This document shows positions 38,112 to 64,000 of a stretch of DNA of 64,000 nt, piece after piece. The position numbers and the translations under genes are program-made. The DNA is from Saccostrea echinata (lineage: Eukaryota): NCBI RefSeq assembly GCF_033153115.1, contig NW_026889782.1, positions 29,450,001 to 29,514,000 on the forward strand, in the 5' to 3' direction. The notes under the pieces are model-generated. The model was not told the DNA's origin and ran no database searches. It worked only from the letters and a program-made list of their open reading frames with translations. Numbering within the stretch: the stretch's first letter is position 1; every line of letters starts with the position of its first letter.

Positions 38112-40465
38112 ACTGTGCTCTGTGTTTAGAACAAACTACTGCGTATCTGGAAGACTTTGTAATTTGATGCTGCAAGTATAAACAAAGAGCTTTGAACTTT
38201 AACGGAAAAATGATTGGCTAGTCCTGACGTATTCTGTATTTTACTTTCACTGAAATATTTTTATTGATGAAAATGATTGGATGTCCTAAGCATAAATTAT
38301 TATGAAATCTGAAAGAGACATTAACATTTCAATGGAATCTTGATAATTAATAGCATGGGAGGATATATTCACGTACCCTCGGATTGGGTATTAGGAAAGG
38401 AAATGATTAAATACGTATATTTTTTCTTCATTTTTTAGGCTAATTTTGAAAACTCAATTCTAATTTACAACTTGTTTGAAGGTTATAGAACATTCACATA
38501 GAAATAATCAAAAAGAAAGCTTTTTTTTTTTTTTAGTAGGGCTTCACTTTTAGAAGTACTTTTGTGATATCACTGAACTTATATGTACAGAAGCAAATTC
38601 AATCTGGTAATTACTTTTGTGTTTACTGAATATTTTATCTTGTTATTCTTAACTTAAAGTGCTTGTATGCTGTACGCAGATATTACATTTTCGTTAACAT
38701 CAATTTTTTTCCTCAATTAAATAAACAACATCGTCACTTCGAAAGAATTAATTTATATTTCTGCTTTGTTTTTACAATTGTAAATGCATTTTTAAGAGAA
38801 TAATGTAAGTTTCTTTTTTTCATAAATTGTTTAACAAGTTTCTTTTTGTTTAAGGTATTAAATGTACCGGGGGGGGGGGGGGGATTAACAAAAAGTTTGC
38901 GAACTAATTGGATAACTTCCATATTAGAAATAAAATTAGATTTCGATGTTTATTAGTTTTAAAGAAGTCCCTTCCAATTCTATTGCAGATCTGCCACCGT
39001 TTTGCACATGCGCGAATCACGTGATCCAGGCGGTCACGTGACGAGCTCCATAGCGTTCTGTTCACAGAATCTAAAAAAAATTTCTGAATCATATTTCTTA
39101 CAATTAAATTATTTTTTTAAACAAGATTTGTACGTTGGTCATAAATGGACATATCTCGGCAATAGGAGGGGTTATAAGGATATCTTTTCCTCCGAATGAG
39201 CATGGTGACCATTACAACCCAACTTCTCTGTCTTGGGTGCGTCGTTTTTCCATTGTGGATAAAGTATGGGCGCCTTCTTTTTATCATATCTGATATGTTT
39301 AGATTCTAAAGTAAGAGGTATTTTAGGGATTTAATAATTGTATAATATTCTTAAAATATTCAACTATATTTCTTACTGTAACTTGGCGATCTTTCATAAC
39401 AAATTGCTCAACTAAGGACACATCTCTTCCCCCGCTTACTTTCACTGGACACCAGAACAAACATCATTTTTAACCACGGTGCCTCCCTTTCTTCACTAAA
39501 ACAATCAATTCAATAAATGATTGAACTCCCGGCAAGTCCTCTGTCTTAAAAAAACCTTGTACAAATTATTATATGCTACTCCAAAGGAATTTCCAAGATA
39601 TAACTGAACTCAACATCCTTTCGTTGCTCGGGTACGACTGAGTCAGCCATTTTTTGTAACAAGTCATCTACGTCATTTTCATATTGTGACTTCACAAACA
39701 TGGAGCAAAACATTACGTAAAATCTGCTATGTATAGAGCATGTTTATGACTCTATGTGTGCCATATTTCATTCTGATCTGAACTGTGGTTTTGTAACTAT
39801 AGAGATAATTCGCAAACTGTTTGATCACCCCTCGTATAATGAAGAGATATTGAACAATTTTGAATCATTTTAAGCTAGTTAAATACGTATTTCTAGATAA
39901 CGAGGAAAGTGAAATAAACCAAATTCACATGACAGATAACATATAAGAAGCCGGTCATTTTGCACCTTATACATTTTTTTAGTTATTTGCTCTCGATAAA
40001 AAAAAAGAAAATTTTAAATTTTGTAAAATTATCTGCAGTAAATTATTCATTTTATTTCATATTTAAATAAAGATAGCGTTTATGCATACTTTCACCAAGA
40101 GATTTATATGAAGTCCAATTATTATTGATGCAATTAATTAATCCTCGTTAGGAGGTGGGCGGTAACTTTTTTTTAACCACAATACCCCGATTTGAGTATG
40201 CTGCAAACAAAACGTTGGGGGCAGCCTTTCAATTAACATTTTTCAACACTAAGAGGTTTGGAAAAAAAGTGGGGGGTAACCCCATCCCCCATACTTCTTG
40301 TCTTCAAATACGTCAAATCGCATTCTGTCATTTATTGTTTTTCTTCTTAGGTGTCTAAAACAAGGGTACATATATAAAACACGAGAAAATACTTACTGCT
40401 TATTCTACACAATAGCATCTACGTCTTTTTGAACAAAAATTTACGCCGTCATTTAAGACTTTGTA

Positions 40466-40680
40466 GTTCAAATCCCACTGTGGGACACGGAGACCGGTCC
40501 TTCGGATGAGACCTTATAAACCGGTGTCGCAGAAGGTGCTGGCACGAAAAAGATCCCCTCACTGTTCAAAGGCCCTGAGTGCCGAGTATAGGTCAAAGTT
40601 TGGTGCTCTCCGCCGGCAAGTGGTGCTCGTCTCCAAATGAGTGAAAATGTCTCAAGAGGGACGTTAAACAACAAACAAAC
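40466..40680 (+). mobile_element. 5'-truncated tRNA-SINE
   Basis: Reverse-orientation homolog of 26003-26230, starting at B box GTTCAAATCCC, with (AAAC)n tail. Confidence 0.75.
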
Positions 40681-41089
40681 AAAAAAATAAATGAAACTTT
40701 GTAAATAAGAGGATTAAAATGAAATATAAATTAAAATCAATCTTAAAACATGGATATCTAAAGGAATCATAATTGAGTTTGCAAGGTACAATTAAAATTG
40801 TTCTCTTATTTCTAAAAACAATAAAAAGTGCTTGTACTGAAGTTTGTAGAAGCCCATGATGCATTGCAACTGATTCAACTAATATGTCAATAGGTTAAGG
40901 ACACAGTTATCTCATTCAAAATGCAAATTTATGCTGAAGCCATCTAAGTAGTCTCGACCTGTTTTCATGCAGACAAATCGTCCCTATTTAGAAAAAAATA
41001 AAATTCATTGATATCTGTTGCTTTCTATGTTTATGTTCTATGATTAATCACCATCATTTGTAACATGTAACCTAATAAAAATTCTCAAT

Positions 41090-41935
41090 TTGACTAGTGT
41101 GCTCTAAAGTTGATATTAAAAGGATGCTGGAGTTCCTCATTGACATTTATGTTGTTATTCTATGATAAACGATAGATTTTCCGTCGTCAACTTTCCTTAT
41201 TTATGTAGTAATATTCAGCTATCACCCGCATGTGGTGTTTATGTCGCCCAACTAATTCGCTACTCAAACGCTTGCTCAGAGTACGATCAATTTTTGAAGC
41301 GAGACAGGCTACTCACTGATAAGTTGATGTTACAGGGATTTCAACAGCCTCGTTTTAAGTCAGCATTCCGTAAATTTAATAGTCTTTATTATGACCTTGT
41401 TAGCAAATATAAGCCATCATTGGCACGTATTTTTGCTGACTTGTTCTATACCAATTGTTAGGCCTTTATTTCTGTTCTGAATTGACTACAGATAGTTCCG
41501 TCTATCTTTTCAATACATAGGGCTCACGGTGGGTCTGACCGGTCAACAGGGGATGCTCACACCTCCAAGGCACCTGATCCAACCTCTGGAATTTCCAAGG
41601 GTCCATGTTTATTGCCCTCTTAACATATTTTGAGACCGAACACTGTTCGTTATCTTTCCCTTTTACACTTTTCGATCTTCAACTTTCCGTATTTATAAAG
41701 TTATACCCCAATATCACCTGCATATGCTGTTTACATCTCCAAACTTATTCGATACTCACGAGCATGCTCGGAGTGTGCTCAATTTTTAACCGAGGCAGGC
41801 TATTAACAGATACATTGATGTAACAGGGATTTCAACAACCTCATTTTATGCCAGCATTTCGTAAATAATTTTATGGCCGTTACCTTGTTTACTTTGTTAG
41901 CAAATATGACCTGTCAGTTGGGTCGAACGGTAAAT
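41090..41935 (+). mobile_element. Penelope-like element with partial tandem (pseudo-LTR-like) duplication
   Basis: ORF 41162-41461 FSVVNFPYLCSNIQLSPACGVYVAQLIRY..., 3' motif 41520-41605, then the same RT C-terminal segment again at ~41670-41930. Confidence 0.75.
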
Positions 41936-42933
41936 AAACTGACAAGACTTAACGGACTTTTTTTTTTTTATCTAGGGAATGTTAAGGATGATCTTTTATG
42001 ATGTAGATTTTTCAATGACAAATAAAAAAAATGAATCCTTTGTGAAAAGCCCTCGTCAATATTAGTGTCTCTGGTTTAATCACCAAATCTGCTGTTTGAT
42101 GTTTTACAGACAAAAAAGAAACAATTATAAAATGTGAAGATAACGATTATTCACAAAGTCCCTTTAAACAAAACAATAATATGTAGAGCCATCAGAGGTG
42201 GAATCGGGGACCAGGGAGACAGTGGTGAATTCAATCAACATTTTTTTATTTAATGCCTCTGAATTACAAGAAAAAGGCCTGAAAGAAATGATTAATTCAC
42301 GATTTAATTTCAGAAAATTCAAAGAAGCCATATTAAAATATTTTTAAATATTTCAACACGTTAATAGTATCTAACCAGGCATCTTGCCTTTGAAAATAAT
42401 TAAGCTAATGGATTTCCATGTTTAGTGTTTATGATTAAAAACCGTCAATTCCCACGTCACGTCAGGCTTATGAAGTGTACAAATTTAAGATTTCCAAAGA
42501 AACAACCTTTTCTGACAGTTTTAAGAATTCTTTTAGTGATAAATGGTAGACAAAGACGCATTTTTGTTTAACTTTACATAATGGGCAATTAACATGATTG
42601 GCCAAGGGTTTGTGAGAAGACTTGCCGATCAGAAATCCATGGTTAGCAAAGACGAGCAAATGCATGTGACATAAATTAGATGAATGAAATAATTATAATT
42701 CAAATGCCACTTAATTTGGTTTCTATGCACTGTCCATCTTGTGAAGTTTATTCATGCTTATTAAATGACAAAAACTGTTTAACAAGTGACACAGTGAAGA
42801 CAAGAAATCTGTTAAAAATTAGAAAAATAATAAAGATAAAGATAATTCTTGTAAGAAAAGACAATTGTTATTTTTTTCTTATATTCTTATTGACAAAGGA
42901 AAGACTTCGTTTTTGAAAATGATGCAATGTCTT

Positions 42934-43326
42934 CCCTAACAAAAAAAATACTATACTAACTATAGTTTACTGTAGTGATAACTTTGACACTGTGAAAACT
43001 TTGGTTTACTATAGTGATAACTTTGACACTTTGATTTACTAAAGTGATAACTTTGCCACTTTGATTTACTAAGAAATAACTATGAAAACTTTGATTTACT
43101 ACAGTGATCACTATGAAAACTTTGATTTACTATGATGAAAACTTTGATTTACTATAGTGATAACTATTACACTACAGTGATCACTTTGAGAACATTGATT
43201 TACTATAGTGATTACTTTGACACTATATAGTGATCACTTTGAAATCTTTGATTTACTATAGTGATAACTTTGACACTTTGATTTACTATAGTTATCTATA
43301 GTAAACTATAGTATTTCTTGTTAGAG
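42934..43326. mobile_element. MITE with internal ~30-bp tandem repeats
   Basis: Termini as in 35882-36244; internal repeats CTTTGATTTACTATAGTGATAACTTTGACA. Confidence 0.7.
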
Positions 43327-43418
43327 TTTATAATTAACTGTATAATTTATGAAAGTTTGTTGATGTTGCTTGCATTTACTTTTTACCATATTTATTTAAT
43401 TGTATGCATCACCAAGGT

Positions 43419-43796
43419 TATTTAAGGAATGTTTTTAAGGTTTGTATGAGTTATTGGTGTGTAAATCACACAGACTTGTCACGTAGGCATATTTCATGAA
43501 GAGCGGTAGCGCTTCATGGAAAATATACCTACGTGCAAGTCTGTGTGATTTACACACCAATAATTCACATTAAACTTAAAAACATTCCTCATATTTACAT
43601 TTTACATTCTAAAGGTTCAAAAGCACCAAAAATACACTCAATTATTCGCTGCCTTTTATCGTTACATTTTTTAGCGTCTCTGTAGCTCATTGTGACGTCA
43701 CTTTGGCGCGAGTTTCTACGCGTGAGTATACACGAAAATGGCATTCAAATCAATTTCACAGTTTGCTTAGTAGAAAAACACAGCAAATGTAAATAT
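43419..43796 (+). mobile_element. Crypton-like element with ~165-bp terminal hairpin
   Basis: Arms AGGAATGTTTTTAAG..TATTGGTGTGTAAATCACACAGACTTG / CAAGTCTGTGTGATTTACACACCAATA..CTTAAAAACATTCCT; second copy at 58427-58763. Confidence 0.7.
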
Positions 43797-44364
43797 ATAC
43801 ATGTAATCATATCTTACAAATCTATATCAGTTCTTTGAAATTATAGAAATATTGAATGGAATCAAGATATGCAAAATAAAAAAAGAACAATTCATTTTTG
43901 TGATACATCTTAAGGTTTTGTTGTTCACAATTTTATATGTCAGTTATTAGATGATACGTCCATAATAGTTGCAGCATTTCAAAATTGATAAGTACTTGCA
44001 CCGAGAAGTGGACAAGTCGTATATTTTACTAGAGAACTTCCATTTGGATGTTTCCTTTCACTTTTCCTTCTGCAATACGGCAATTAAATCTTCCATCACG
44101 CAATGCCTTTTGTTTCTTACTCCATTCCATACACATTGATTACATTGTCTATCCATTAGAGATATTACGATGGTACGGTGGTATATTCAGGACCGATGTT
44201 TACACAAACAAGTAAGAGCAGGGGACCTTAACACGGCAGCGGATATCACCTTGAGAATTTGTCTACTAAGTAGTCCCAACCCTACAGCGCATACATTTTT
44301 AATGATTGAAGAACAACCTCAAAAGTCCATTGAAACAATACCAGTGGGTGAATGAGTAAGTACG

Positions 44365-45335
44365 AGCCTCTGAAAACATATGTGGAGGGATCAAGTGTCA
44401 TGGAGAAGTTAGCAACACATGTCAAACCCTCCGTGTGCTCCTTGTCATAACTGGGCAAACGAAAATATCTGCAGACAATTTAGTAAGAAAATTATGACCT
44501 AAAAATTTGTGTGAAAACGTCAGTAAATATTGTACTGAACGATAAATTGTCTTTGCCGACAAGGTCATTGCGTCGGCCATATAAAATTTGTTTATCTTCT
44601 TGTATCATCATCTTATTTGTCAAAAGCTTGTATCGTTTAAGAAATTGTTCGTATAGAGAGTATGCTCTTGTGTATCGAATCCACCGGGATATAAACTCCA
44701 TATGCAGGTGATTTAAGGAATCACTATCTAGTTAGTATAGTATGCCAGGGCATCAACGATAGTTGGAAACGTGGGATAATTTGCATAACGGGCGAAGCCC
44801 GTTATGCATAAATTGTCCCACGTTTCCAACTATCGTTGATGTCTCTGCCTCGGTTGCAATGATCAAGAAATCAACTCAACTTCTTTTCAAAGAGTCATCA
44901 CAGAGAAAACAAATAGAAATGGAAATATTATGGTATATTGCTACAGAAATAAGGGAAGTTGAGATAGAAAAATTGAAATCATCACGTTTGTCAAAATTTT
45001 TTGTAAGGTTACGGTTACATCTTTTTCTAGTACAAAATCAAAATATCGAAGAGATGTGTCAGACTGGTTTCTTTTCTTTTCGAGTTTAAAGAATATATCG
45101 AATCAACGTAGGAATGAAAAGAAATATTGTTAATTTATAAAACAACGTCGATATATCTAAAAATTGAATTGAAGACAACAGCAAGAGGCTTTTCTTTCTT
45201 TTAAAGTAGAAGTTTTTAAATAAATTCTGGTACAGAAAAATACAAAAAATGTTTCAGCGAATAAGGGGTCGCAATCAGTATTCAGTAATAATCTCCTATT
45301 GGAATAATACAACAAATTTCTGACACCAGAAACTT
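44365..45335 (-). mobile_element. Degenerate Penelope-like RT fragment with nested Crypton-like insertion (~44725-44930)
   Basis: Minus-strand remnants IPIG, FRYIDVVL, FDKRDDFNFSISTSL, ISRWIRYTRAYS, plus 3' motif at ~44380-44445. Confidence 0.6.
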
Positions 45336-45351
45336 TGAAATAACTGCAATG

Positions 45352-45515
45352 GGTAACTTGTCAACAACAAAACGGCTGTAGGTAACTTGTCTACAACATA
45401 ACGGCTATAGGTAACTTGTCTACAATATTACTGCTATAGGTAACTTGTCTACAACATAACTGCTATGGCAACTTGTCTACGACATAAATGTTATAGATAA
45501 CTTGTCTAGAACGTA
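45352..45515 (+). repeat. 29-bp minisatellite (~6 units)
   Basis: Unit GGTAACTTGTCTACAACATAACGGCTATA. Confidence 0.85.
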
Positions 45516-45799
45516 ATGAACACAGGAGTAGACAATGACAAGAAGGAAAATAAGGACTAATAATTGACTACTCAAAGGTCTAAATAATTACACTCTGGTA
45601 AAATAAACTATGAGTAATATTAAGATTTTTTTTTTACTTTGAAAGTTATCCCTCTTGTCAGAGGGTCGGGTCCCTTAAAGGGTTTTTAATCGGGAATTTA
45701 AATTTCTAACAACTGAAACACAATTATATTCTTGACATATATAATTATTATTTTATCATTTAATATTTTGAAAACAGTCTTAATTATGTTAAAAATCGG

Positions 45800-46445
45800 T
45801 CGTATTATAGGGTCCTTGATAAAAGACATCTGGCATATGTGTACAACCGCCCACCCGGATTTTCATCAGTATCTGTAGAATCTCCCAAGTGATTTGTGTA
45901 GAGTGGTTCCTTAATGTCACATATTTATTTGCGCCGGAACTCATGTTTTTTTTCAGTTCTCTCAAATTCTCTCTGCCTCGGTTGCAAAAATGTATCAGAA
46001 AATCGAGAAACACCTTGTTAAATTTTGAAGATCACTCGCGTCATCTAGATCGAACGCTTCAATGCTGTGTAAAGTACAGCCATGTCGTCAGCTTCAATCG
46101 GAGGTTTGTGTTCACATGATCCCATTCATACTTGTGTCGCTTACTGATTTTTATTTGAAAATTAAAATAAGTACACGACTATACCCAAAAATAATTTAAT
46201 CAGACTATTTCTTGTATTTGAATTTTATAAACTAAAAATTAATGTGATAAAATCTAGATAGTTATGAATGTCAAAAATAACCATTTTTGCTTCGTGATAA
46301 GTTTTATCTTCATGGCTTGGAAAACAAGATTTGCTGGCTTAAATGACTCGGTATTAACAATGTCTATTTCTCTTATTTTGTGAAAATGGCGCTTTATATA
46401 TCCATATCGTATTTTTCGACATCGCCCTTTCCCTTTCAATGCACG
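45800..46445 (-). mobile_element. CryptonA/DUF3504-like tyrosine recombinase relic
   Basis: ORF pieces RYGYIKRHF..IDIV..ESFKPANLVF (46254-46439) and FLDFLIHFCNRGRENLRELKK (45789-46013; box I RGRENLR). Confidence 0.6.
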
Positions 46446-46751
46446 TTTTCAACAGTAAAAGGTTACTTTAAAAAAAAAAATTCCTGACACTACGAGCCTG
46501 GCTGTAGTCTAAATATGAAAATTTCATTAAAGGCTGCTTGACCCCTTCTTTGTTGTCGTAACTAAACCTTATAAATAAATAAAAACAACAAAGACACCCC
46601 ACCACGGAATAAGATTTGTTCCTCTTTTTCACATCGGGATCGACCTTCAAAAAAATTATATTTTTTATTCCGAGTTTTCTCAAGTTTTGCTACGCAATGG
46701 TGACTGGCCTGAATGGTGGAATAGTGTTAATATAAATTGAAAGCAGTCTTG

Positions 46752-63776
<17,025 letters not shown>

Positions 63777-64000
63777 CATTGGAAATGTAAATTACTTTTC
63801 TCCAACTGTGATACAGAAAAAAACACGCTTATTGCAAAGTTCCAGGGATAACTATGGAATGCCATAGCTGCCTGAAGGTCACTTTCATATTATATGAGGT
63901 GGTATAACCTTTATATAAAGTGGTGAAATCATTATATATAGTAGTAAAATCATTATACCCAGTGATAACTTTATTAAATGCAGCGGTTTTATCATTATAG

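Noticed and set aside
39560-39838. Mariner-like element ending GATCACCCCTCGTA
   Set aside because: Only one terminus found; partner TIR and TSD could not be located.

Overview
AT-rich, intron-containing animal genomic DNA, most likely an oyster (Ostreidae; inferred from the Cg170-type Helentron, SINE and Penelope-like repeat families). The left ~40 kb is a minus-strand tandem cluster of three secreted PAN/apple-like + fibrinogen-C (FBG/FReD) lectin genes. Gene A has only exons 1-2 in the window, gene B is complete (5 exons, 316 aa by manual splicing), and gene C has 5 exons with a damaged exon-4 donor. The right ~17 kb is a plus-strand 11-exon METTL25B/RRNAD1-like methyltransferase gene (634 aa by manual splicing). 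The rest is dense, often nested mobile DNA: an RTE LINE, CR1/L2 LINEs, many Penelope-like fragments, tRNA-SINEs, Crypton-like hairpin elements, TIR/MITE elements, Helentron-type repeats and several minisatellites. The most unusual observations are two tandem arrays built from exon ends. One is an in-frame 96-bp 'C-terminus + stop codon' array behind FREP gene B that appears to come from a different paralog; the other is a ladder of duplicated 5' splice sites behind METTL25B exon 10. Also notable are a TIR element inserted exactly in the FADD catalytic motif of an RTE, and a non-coding block shared upstream of all three FREP genes. All coordinates and gene models were derived by eye and need RNA-seq or alignment confirmation.
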